Source of the DNA: Mobula hypostoma
Taxonomy: Eukaryota
Direction: 5' to 3'
Assembly (NCBI RefSeq): GCF_963921235.1
Contig: NC_086097.1
Coordinates: 99,388,001-99,452,000 of the forward strand
Length of the DNA stretch: 64,000 nt
This document shows, piece by piece, positions 24,401-36,400 of this stretch; positions within the stretch are counted from its first letter, which is position 1; every line of letters starts with the position of its first letter. Both the position numbers and the translations under genes were made by a program. The notes beneath the pieces are model-generated. The model searched no databases and was not told the DNA's origin. It saw only the letters and a list, made by a program, of their open reading frames with translations.

Positions 24401-27400
24401 AATCCTTCTGCGATCTGTCACCAACCTGATTTTACCAATCCCCTTGCATATTGAAGTCCCCCATTACAATTGTCATTACCCTTATTACATGCCTTTTCCA
24501 GCACCCTTTGCAATCTCAGCCCCACATCTTGGCTACTATTTGGAGGCCTATTTATGGTTCCCATAATGGTTTTTTTTAACCCTTGCAATTTCTTAATTCC
24601 ACCCACAAAGATTTGACATTCTCTGACCCTATGTCACCTCTTTCTAAAGATGTAATTCCATCTCTTACCAACAGAGCCACACCACTGCCTAAGCCTTCCT
24701 GCCTGTCCTTTTGATACAAAGTATTTCCTTTGATGTGAAGCTCCCACTAAGACCTTCTTTCAGCCACAACACAGTGATGCCCACAATGCCATACTGACCA
24801 GTCTGTAATTGCGCCACGAGTTCATCCACCTTATTCTGAATGCTGCGCGCAGTTACATACACCTTCAGTCCTGCATTCTTTGCCCTTTTGAATTTTGCCT
24901 CTGTGGTACAATTTAACTCTTTACTCTGTCTGCATTTGTAGCCAATCATTGGCTTGTTTTTCCTTACATTCATGTTACACCCATCATCTACTTGTAAACC
25001 TGCTGGCTCATCCTCAGCTCTATCGTACTGGTTCCCATCCCCCTGCCATATTAATTTAAACCACTTCCAACAGTTCTATCAAGCCTGCCCACAAGACTAT
25101 TGGTTCCCCTTGGATTTAAGTGAAAACCGTCTCTTTTGTACAGGTCACACCAGTCCCAGAAGAGGTCCCAATTATCCAGAAATCTGAATCCCAGCCCCCT
25201 GCTTCAATTCTTCACCCACGCCTTTATCTGCCACCTCATTCTATTCCTATCCTCACTGTCATGTGGCACAGACAGCAATCCCGAGAACATTACATTTGAG
25301 GTCCTGATTCTCAGCTTCCTTCCTAACTCCCTGTATTCTATTTTCAGGACCTCCTTCCTCTCTCTTCCTATGTCATTGGTACCAATATGTACCACGACTT
25401 CTGGCTGCTCACCCTCCCTTATCAGGATACCATAAATGCGTCCAGAAACATCTCGGACCCTGGCACCTGGGAGGCAACCTACCATCCATGTTTCATTTTT
25501 ACGTCCACAGAATCACCTATCTGTCCCCCTGACTATAGAGTCCCCTATTACTGCTGCTATCTTCTTCAGTACCCTACCCTTCTGAGCCACAGGGCCAGAG
25601 TCAGTGCCAGAGGCATAGCCACTATTGCTTCCCCCGGGTAGATCATCCGCCCCAACAGCACTCAAAATGGAGTACTTATTGTTGAGGGGACAGCCATGGG
25701 TGCTCTCCATTATCTAATGTTCCCCTTCCCTCTCTTGACAATCACCCATTTATCTGTCTCTTGTAGCCTTGGGGTGACTATCTCCCTGTATCTCGTCTAT
25801 CACCTCCTCACTTTCCCTAACAAGCCGAAGGTCATCGAGCTGGAGCTCCTGTTCCCTGTCACGGGTCTCTAAGGAGCTGCTTATTGATGCACCTGGTGTA
25901 GATGTGGCCATCGGGGAGGCTGAGAGTCTCCTGGAAACCCCACATCTGGCACCCAGAACAGAACACTGGCTCTGTAGACATGCCCCCTATTCTCTCTAGG
26001 GTTGAATAAGAGATAAGGACTGAACTTACCTACACTCTGCCTGTTCCTGCCAAAACCCTGTTGAGCCAAAGCCTTCCTACTCTGCCTGAGACTACTCTGA
26101 TGACGATCGCTCCCACGATAACCGCTCCGCTAGGTGGCACCTCTCTTTTATAGAGACTGGGCTTCCCATCAAAAGTCTTCGTCCAACCTGTGTGGGAACA
26201 TACCTGTTGCATCTGCAGAGTACTCCAATAAATGACTCCCATCAAAATACTTGCTGCTTTTTCAAGCTCTTTGACGGACGTGCATGGGAATGTTCCTGTT
26301 GCGTCTGTGCAGTACTCCAATAGCATTGAAATTCAACTCTGAACTCCAATGCCCCCAGCTGAAATAGTGTCACGGTAACCACTTTGCCACCCATATGACT
26401 TCTTTGCTTTTACACCTCCGTGAAATAAGGACTAATGTTCCATCAGATTCCGCCATTACCAGCCACATGTGCAGGCTTTCTTAGTTTCATGTACAATGAA
26501 CCCTGAATGTCTTTCTATCATAGCTTTCTATAGTTTTTTCCCCCATTTAAATAATACTCTTTGTTATTCTCCCTTCCAAAGTGAATAACTTCACATGCTG
26601 GCTGGGCTTGATCAGAGTTTTCCAAAAATGCCACCTTAATAATTGATTCTAATATTTTTCCCCAACAGTTGATGTTAGATAACCAGACCATAGTTGCATG
26701 CTTTTTCATCTCCCTTTTTGAATAGGGTTGTTATATTAACAATTTACCAGTTCCTCCTGAATCTCACAATTCATGGAAGATTCACCCCGTTAATCTGCCT
26801 AACACTAATTCTCTAGTGACTGTGAAATGGATGCAAAGTACCCTGCCATTTTCTTGTTCATCAACATCATTCTCCAGGGATCAACGTTCACTTGTACTGT
26901 TCACTTATATATAATCCCAATTGCCTCCCAGAAGCGAGGATGGAATGTATGGGGCCTTTAATATAATCAGAAGGCCAGGGACTGATTTTTGTTTTCTCCA
27001 AGACATCTGATCATTTGAAGTTCTAGGAGTATCACATTAAGACCGGAGTCTTGGGGCATTCTTAAGAATTAACCAGTGTAGGACAAGGACCTGGTGAGTA
27101 GGTCAAGAGGTGTGGATGAAGATAGGGTCATGAATTTCCCTGCCAAGTTAATACTTTTCCAGATTAATGGGATGTCTAGATAGAGTAAAATGCTCACACT
27201 CAAAAATGGGGAATCATCAAGGAAGGATTTTCAGCTTTTGTGAGCCACATGTAGCATCCAGGGAAAGCAACTCCCCCGGGCATTTGTGCTACTAAGATCA
27301 GACATTAAGAGTACTGAATCAACATCATTACAAAGACCAAGGGTGAGTGACTGAGTGACTGAAACTGGGAGCACTCATTTGCTGGAGGGGATGGAACATC

Positions 27401-30400
27401 ATGAGTTGTAGTGAATCCCCAGATCTGAGCAGATCATTAGCATGGTTTACAGAAAATCCCACAGCCTGCAGATAGAATGAGGCACAGCATTACTTCATGC
27501 TACAGGAAATGGATAGACCCACTACACCACAAACAAATGCCAATTCTGGCTCATTACCTCAGTGATGTGCTGCTCTTTCTTGTTCCTGATGAGTTCATAG
27601 TGCTCTGCATAAACTTGCATTAATTCTGCCTCCATGTTGTCCTTGAGTTCACTCCATTTTTCAGCCTCTGGCCCCATGCTCAAAACTTCCTGGAGACCAC
27701 TCTCAGGAGTACTACTGAAGCTCCTACAATAGAGAGGAATATCACTGCTGGTGACTCCAATCTAATACTTGTCACCTAATTTGGTTTTGGAACTACATCA
27801 ATTTACACTGTATCTCCTCACTAAAGAAAGAAATTTTGCCAGCTGAATCTACAGTTCTAAAGCTCCACACACCAACAAAACGATCCTTATATTCTCACAC
27901 AGAATAGGTTACAAAGCAGTACAAAGCCTGACATTTGAGCAGGACCAAAATGAGATTGTCAGTAAAGGACTGTCCTCTAGTTGGAGGACCCTATGACACT
28001 TTATACACCAGGATGTAAATATATCCTGTGCTGCTTATTCAAATCTAATACAGCCTTACTTCACCATGTGCTGAGAACACAAAAGAATTATATTTTAGCA
28101 CTGTAGTGCATTGCAATGATGCAAGGAAATTAGTGACAGTGGAAGGAGTGGGTGGAGAGGAAAGGAATGTGTGGTGAAGGGAGAAGAGCAATGGGGGAAA
28201 TGATATATGAGGAAGGGCCATTACGTGGAGGTCCAAGGAAATGAGGTAAATGAGGAATACCCCATGAGAACTGATACTGTATGTAATACGCGACTGGCTG
28301 ACTATCTAAGACTCGGCAGCACAGAAATATCTATGCTGAAAATAAGAAAAGCTTCATGAAGTTTCATTAACATAAAATTTGTAGTCTTACTGCTTGTAAA
28401 CTCTGTGCTGCTTATTCTGGTGTAATTATCAGTGAGCGTTGTCTTCTGGTGTTCTCTACATGCCCCATAACAAAGGAGGGTTAAGATGTCACATTTACCA
28501 TTTCTTCTTGTACGATTTGTTAAGTGATTGCTTTTTCTTGCACTGTTCTGCAAAGCTGCTGGTATATTTCTGGATCACTTCATTTCTCTTCTTCTGAATC
28601 TTCCTCTCCAACTCCTTCAATTCTTTCTCATGCTTTTTCTGCATTTTGATATGTGCCTTCTGCATCTTCAGTTCCTCTGTAGTAAATAGCTCTATTGTTG
28701 GATTAAAGAAGATCATTTTAATGGATCACAGCAGCTTCCCAAAGGAACAGTGGAACTTATGTAGTTATAAAACATAGAACATAGAAATCTGCAGCACATT
28801 ACAGGCCCTTCGGCCCACAATGTTGTGCCGACCATGTAATCTACTCTAGAGACTGCCTAGAATTAATTTACCACATAACCCTCTATTTTTCTAAGCTCCA
28901 TGTACCTATCTAAGAGTCTCTTAAAAGAGCCTATTGTATCCACCTCTGCCACCTTCCCTGGGAGTGCACTCCCCACACCCACCACTCTCTATGTGAAAAA
29001 CTTAACTCTGACATCTCCTCTGTATCTACTTCCAAGCACCCTAAAACTATGTCCCCTCATGTCAGCCATTTCAGCCCTGAGGAAAAAGCCTCTGGCTATC
29101 CACACTATCAATGGCGCTCATTATTTTATACACTTCTATCTGTTCACCTCTCATCTTCTGTCACTCCAAGGAGAAAAGGCCAAGTTCACTCAACCTATTC
29201 TCATAAGGCATGCTCTCCAATCCAGGCAATGTTCTTGTAAATCTCCTCCGCACTCTCTATAGTATCCACATTCTTCCTGTAGTGAGGTGACCAGAACTGA
29301 ACACAGTACTCCAAGTGGGGTCTAACTAAGGTCTTATACAGCTGTAACATTACCTCACGGCTCTTGAACTCAATGCCACGGTTGATGAAGGCCAACACAC
29401 CATACGCCTTCTAAACTATCAACATGTGCAGCAGCTTTGAGTGTCCTGTGGACATGGACCCCAAGATCTCACTGATCCTCCACACTGCCAAGAGCCTTAC
29501 CATTAATATTATATTCTGCCTTCAAATTTGACCTGCCAAAATGAACTACTTCACACTTATTTGGGTTGAACCCCATCTGCTACTTCTCAGCCCAGTTCTG
29601 CATCCTGTCAATGTCCTGCTGTAACCTCTGACAATCCTCCAGATTATCCACAACATCCTCAACCTTTGTATCATCAGCAAATTTACTAACCCACCTTCTG
29701 CTTTCTCATCCATGTCGTTTATAAAAATCACAAAGAGGAGGGGTCCCAGAACAGATCCCTGCAGAACACTACTGGTCACCGACCTCCATGCAGAGTATGA
29801 CCTGTCTACAACCACTCCTTGCCTTCTGTGGTCAAGCCAATTCTGGATCCACAAATCAAGGTCTCCTTGAGTCCTATGCCTCATTACTTTCTGAATGAGC
29901 CTCACATGGGGAACCTTATCAAATGCCTTTTCTGAAATCCATATACACTACATCCATTGCTCTACCTTCATCGATGTGTTTTGTTACATCCTCAAAGAAT
30001 TCAGTCAGTTTCATAAGGCATGACCCGCCCTTGACAAAACCATGCTGACTATCCCTAATCAGATTATGTCTCTCCAAATGCTCATAAATCCTGCCTCTCA
30101 GAATCTCCAACAACTTGCCCACCGCTGAAGTAAGACTCACAAACTAGTGACCACGTTTTCTGGCTTAGACCAACAAGAGATCACATCACACAGACCAATC
30201 CGAGATATCCACTTCAATTATAATCATTGAACTAATCTCAGAATCAATCTAGAACAAAGGGAGCCAAACACTGCCTCAACTTTCAAATTTCCATTGCCAT
30301 TCCCCTTGGGTGGATTAATGACTACCACTCAGTGTCTCTGACATCCACCATCATGAAGAGGCAGGTCTTGGCACACATTAACTGTAGCCTCCCAGACAAC

Positions 30401-33400
30401 CATGACCACTGCAGTTTGCCTATTTCCAAAACAATTCTGTATGCAGACACCATCTTCATGCCCTAACACCCATCTCTGGGACACATCACGTGTTCAGCAA
30501 AGTTCATTGTTTATTGTCTACTCTTCCAGCTTCTGTACTATAATTCCAAGAAAACTCGTCTCCACACTCCTAGACCCTGGAGCCAACAGCTCTTTTTGTA
30601 GCTGGACTCTTGATTTCCTGACCAGCAGACTGCAATCAGCAAGGATAAGCAGCAACACTGTCATCACAATTATTCTCAACACTCCCACAAGGCTGCATCC
30701 TCAGCCCCTTATTCTACTCTCTGTACACTCACGACTTGGTGACCAGAGCTTGCTCTATCTCCATCTATGAAGTACATGACACCACAGTAGTAGTAGTAGT
30801 ATTTCAAATAATGCTGAGTCAGTGTATATGAAAGCAATAGAGAGGCCAGTGCCATGGTGTCATGACAACAACCTTTCCCTCAATGTAAGGAAAGTAGAAG
30901 AGGTGGTCATTGACTTCAAGAAGGGGGTTGGTGCTGTTGCTCCTGTTTACATTAATGGTGCTGAGGTCAACGGGATTAACAGCTTCCAGTTATTGAGTGT
31001 GGACATCACCAGTGCTAGTCCTGGATCAATCATAAAGATGTCAAGGCCAGGAAAGCTCACCAGCACCTCTACTTCCTCAGGAGGTTAAAGAAATTTGGCA
31101 TGGTGCCTTCAACCCTCTCTTTTTATTGATGCACCACAGAAAGGTTCCTATATGGATACCTCACGGCTTGGCATTCTGACAATAAGAACCACAGAAAGGT
31201 TCCTATATGGATACCTCACGGCTTGGCATTCTGACAATAAGAACCACAGAAATGTTCCTATATGGATACCTCACGGCTTGGCATTCTGACAATAAGAACC
31301 ACAGAAAGGTTCCTATATGGATACCTCACGGCTTGGCATTCTAACAGTAAGAACCACAGAAATGTTCCTATATGAATATCTCACGGCTTGGTATTCTGAC
31401 AATAAGAACCACAGAAAGGTTCCTATATGAATATCTCACAGCTTGGCATTCTGACAAAAAGAACCACAGAAAGGTTCCTATATGAATATCTCACGGCTTG
31501 GTATTCTGACAATAAGAACCACAGAAAGGTTCCTATATGAATATCTCACGGCTTGGTATTCTGACAATACAAAACTGCAGAGTTATGGACACTGCTCAGC
31601 ACATTATGGAAACCAGCCTCCCATGTATTCTGTCTGCATGTATTGCATCAGTGAAGCAGCCAGCATTATCGAAGACTTTATCCACCCCGGCTGGGCATTC
31701 TATCTTCTTCTTGCTCCCATTGTGCAGAAAATCAAAAGCCTGAAAGCACCAGGCTCAAGCATAGCTTCTCTCCCATTGTTACAAGACTATTGAGTGGTCC
31801 CTTAGTATGATAAAATGAACTCTTGACCTCACTCTTGCCTTGCACCTTATAGTGCGCCTGCTTTGCACTTTTTCTGTGACACTTACTCTGAATTCTGTTT
31901 TACCTCAATAAACTGTTGTAATGAAATGATCTCTATGGATAGCATGCAAAAGAAAAGTTTTTCCACTGTATCTCAGTACATGTTGACAAAAATAAACCTA
32001 TTTACTTCTCTTATTCTTCCTATCTCTCTCGCCTGCCAAGATATCTGCATTCCTCCAAGTCTGGCCTGTGCTAATCCCTGGTCCTTGGTCTCATTTTCTT
32101 TTAGATGTTTATTGATGGATAGGTTTGTCTCCAAATATGTCACTGCCTCCTGTGACAACATCATTTCAGATGAATTATTATCTCTTATTACTTGCATTCT
32201 ATCTCCTTGGGAAAGGTGGGTTAGCATGCATCCCAACATATGTGAAAATCTGATTTGTGTGGGGAATTGGGTTGTGAACAGAATTTAGGTCGGGTGTAAT
32301 GTGTATGGGACATAGTGTCTGGACATGAGCAGTAGCATGCCTGGAAGGAATTTTCTTTTGTGTGTGATTAGTTTGACTAATTATTGTCTGGCTCCATTTT
32401 ATCTTTCGCTGCTCATTGTCTACATGAACCAGACATGAGCACCAGGCAGAACAAGGCCAAAGATATTATAAAGACTCCTTCAACTCTTCAGCAATGTGAA
32501 GCCATCAAAACTAATCTAGAAACATAACATCAAACCCCTGCTAGTCAGGGTGAGAGTACTTTTGACCCCAGCATATGATGGTGTTGGTTCAAGTAGATGG
32601 TTTAAAAATTGCAAAATAATTCATCTCCTCTCCTCAAACCAGTCCCTTTCTAGTTTTAACAGGCTTAGTGTCTGAAATCTTTTATCTGGATTGCATGACT
32701 TCAAGTTGGCAGAATTTCTTTTGGATACACACCGAGTATTTTAGTGGTATGTGAAAGAAGGCAAGAAGGAGCAGGCATTAAACACACAACCTGTGCACCA
32801 GACAGAGCAATGTTTCCAAGTTTGCCATGCATTTTCCCCCCAGTCAGACTCAGTGATTACTGCCAAATACTGCTCATGGCCTCACTCACCTGACCCACGA
32901 TGAGTCTGTTAAAAAGTTAGAATATATCAAAACTGTTCGAATTTGGGAATCCCAAAAGGACTGAGATCATTGACTTACCCAGAGCATCCTTGGAAGATTC
33001 CTCAAGGCCAGAGCAGGTAGGATTAGAAGGACCTGGAAGAAATGTAGTTTGGTTATCCTGGACCCATTGCTAGTGCCTTTTCTCTTCTGTTCCCGCTGAG
33101 TGTGCCTGAAAGCTGATGGTCTTACATCAGTCAGGTAACTCCCCAGAAAATGAAAGATTCAGCAGTGGTTCATTTTGTAGCACTCCTGACTTAAGGATTA
33201 GACGTTCTTGGTTCACATCCCACTATAGATATCAGACCATTGATGTTCTTGTGCAATACTGAGGGAATTCTACACTGTGAGAGGTGCTGTTTAAAGAAGA
33301 AATAGACCATAGTCTTTTTTGCTCTTTAAGATGAAACATAAAAGGTCCCACAGTGTTGTCATAAATAGCCCAGCAAAGTCTTCAATGGTGTCTGCACCAA

Positions 33401-36400
33401 CATTTAACCTGAAAACTGTTTATGTGGTCATATCACTTCACTGTTTGTGGGATATTGCAACGAGCAACTTGACACTTCCTACATTATCACTATGTCAAAT
33501 ATTCTTCTGGGACTTAAAACATTCTGGATTAACCAGAGATTGTCACTACTTCTATACCTCTCACAGCTTCTTCCTACCCACATCTTCAGTAAGCTAAACC
33601 ACAGCACAGGTCCACAACTGTAAGCCCTAAAATCTGGCATTCTTCCAGTTTGTCAATTGTAGAGAGGCACTCAAATGTAAATTGAAAGTAAATTGGATTA
33701 GACATTGGCTTTGTGGGCAATGGTTGCCTCTCTGACTAGAAGCCTGTGGCTAGTAGAGTGCCACAAAGATTAGTGCTGCGTCCATTGTCAGTGATCTGGA
33801 TGATAATGTGGTTAACTGGATCTGCAAATTTGTAGGTGACACCAAGATCAGGGGTGTAGTAGACAGCGAGGAAAACCATCAAAACGGGATCTTGACCAGC
33901 TGGAAAAATGGGCTGAAAAATGGTAGATGGACTTTAATGTAGACAAGCGTGAGATGTTGCACTTCGGTAGGACCGACCAGGGTAGGTCTTACACAGTGAA
34001 TGGCTGGGCACTGAGGAGTGTGGTAGAACAAATACAGGTCCACAGTTCATTGAAAGTAGATAAGTAGATGAGCACAGGTAGATAAGTTCATAAAGAGAGC
34101 TTTTGGCTCATTGACCTGCATAAATCAAAGTAATGAATACAGGAGATGGAATGTTATGTTGAAGTTGTATAAGACATTGGTGAGGCGTAATTTGGAGTAT
34201 TCTGTGCAGTTTTGGTTACCTACCTACAGGAAAGATGTAAATAAGTTTGAAAGAGTATGGAGAAAATTTACAAAGATATTGCTGGGACTGGAGGACCTGA
34301 GTTATAAGGAAAGATTGGTAGGTTAGCACTTCATTCCTTGGAATACAGAAGATTGAGAGGAGATTTGCTGGAGGTATACACCATTACGAGTGGTATAGAT
34401 AGGGTAAATGCAAGCAGGCTTCTTCCACTGAGGCTGTGTGGGACTACAAACAGAGGTCATGGGTTAAGGATAAATTTGTAAATTTTTGAGAGGAACACGT
34501 GGGGAAACCTCTTCACTCGGAGGTAGTGAGAGTGTGGAATGGCTGTCAGCGCAAGTGGTACATGTGAGCTCAATTTCAGCATTTAAGAGAAGTTTGGGTC
34601 GGTACACGGATGGTAGGGGTTTGGAGGGTAATGGTCCTGGTGCAGGTTGATGGGAGTGGGCAAGGTAAATGGTTTGGCACGGACTAGATGGGCCACAGGG
34701 TCTGGTTCTGTGCCGTAACTTTCTATGACTAAATTCTTTCATCCCCTGTGAACCGAACCTTATGTTCTCTTGTCATTTATATCAAATTGTAATACTTTGA
34801 AAAGGAATGATTTACTGCATGCTTCATTGGTGTCCGTTGTTCCACTGTCACTCTCCTGCATTTGCGCTTCATCTTCTGTGACATCCTGCAAGCAATGCAC
34901 AAGAGAGATCTTTCAGTGCCTACCAAAATATCCATCAATCAATGTCAGCCTCCCAAATGTGTGGTGGAGAGTGGCTGCATTACGGTCGTTATGGGAACAC
35001 CAATGCCTGCGAGTGGAAAATCCTACCAAAGGTAGTAGATTTGTCCCAGTACATCACGGGTAAAACCCTCCCAACCATTGAGCACATCTACATGAAATGT
35101 TGCTGTAGAAAAGCAGCATCCAGCATCAGAGATCCCCACCACCCGGGCCTTTTCTCACTGCTGCCATCAGGTAGAAGGTACAAGAGCCTCCGGACTCACA
35201 CCACCAGGTTCAAGAACAGGTACTACCCTTCAACCATCAGGGTCTTGAACAAAAGGGGATAACTACACTCATTTAAGGACTCTTATCTTGTTATTTCATG
35301 CTCATTATTTATCCCTATTTCTTTATTATCTGCGTTTGCAGGGTTTGTTTACAATTTACTGTTCCTGATGTTTACGGCTTATGGATCCTGTTTACAGTTA
35401 CTGTTCTATAGATTTACTAAGTATGCCCACAGAAAAAGAATCTCAGCGTTGTATGTGGTGGCATGTGTGTACTCTGATAATAAATTTTACTTTGAACTTT
35501 GAAATTTAAGGAGGCTTTTTCTTTAGAAAATGAAGTGGACGTAATGGCATCTTTTATCACCTGTACATCATAATAATGATTGAAATGAAGTATCACAGCA
35601 ATATTCTCACACTTGCAGATATCCAGCCCAAAGCAATACACTCAATCCCATGTACACCCAAACTCTAAAACCAACACACACAATCTCACGTACATCTCTG
35701 CTCTCCTGCCAATTACCTTTCCAGAAACTGCTGATGAATCCACCTCCGACTGTATGCTCAGCCTGCGGATGAAGTTTATTGGGTCAGCCAATGCCTTTGT
35801 TAAATCTGCCAAGAGAAACAGTGGTGATAGTTCTAATCCACGATTGTGCAGAAAGGAGCAAGTGTGTGAAAAGTTCTGCCCCTTCCAGAAGATAGTATCC
35901 CTTACCCAACAATCTACTCACCATCTTATTTCCATTCAAGTGTACAAGGACCCAAAAGGTCTCAAGAGCATCTACAGACATTTGTTGGATACAGTGTGAA
36001 GTTCCCTTTATGCTGACTATCAAACACAATTGGTACAAGTTCAAAATAGGTTTGACACAAAATAGAGGTCCCTCCATAACACCCCATTGAGCAAAAAAAA
36101 CAGCATGCAGAACTCAGAATAAAACTTCCTTTTCTCTGCCCTATCAAAAATACCTGGTAAGATCTAGTAAGGTAATGGTTGATCTGATCTTGGCCAGTTT
36201 TCCTGTCTTAACATATTTATCTGTAGTCCAAAACTCTATCTCAACTTTCAATAAATATATTTAATGACAGGACATACTGCACACAACTTTCTGGTAGAGA
36301 TTCCAAACCGTCACAGCCATCACAGGGAAGAAATTCCTCAGCTCCTTCTTAAAATGGATGCCCCTAGTTCTGGATTCCCTTACAGAGGGAAGCATCTTCT

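Larger units (their letters stand above)
17290..26170 (-). mobile_element. Near full-length CR1 LINE split by two nested insertions (18425-19086 and 19098-23351)
   Basis: ORF1 esterase motifs ([25 protein letters not shown]) at 25204-25710. EN and RT fragments at 23352-24970 and 17430-18420. The RT VGKLLESII motif rejoins across the insertions. Ends approximate. Confidence 0.88.

Noticed and set aside
28391..28456. Exon-like segment (AG...GTAAGA) just after the 193-nt exon
   Set aside because: Intron would be only ~43 nt and the junction TG+A makes a stop; exon 27723 fits directly
33033..33105. Upstream acceptor (tttcag|GCACAC) extending the 54-nt exon
   Set aside because: Read in phase 0 it hits TAG; the 73-nt extension would also shift the frame after the 70-nt exon
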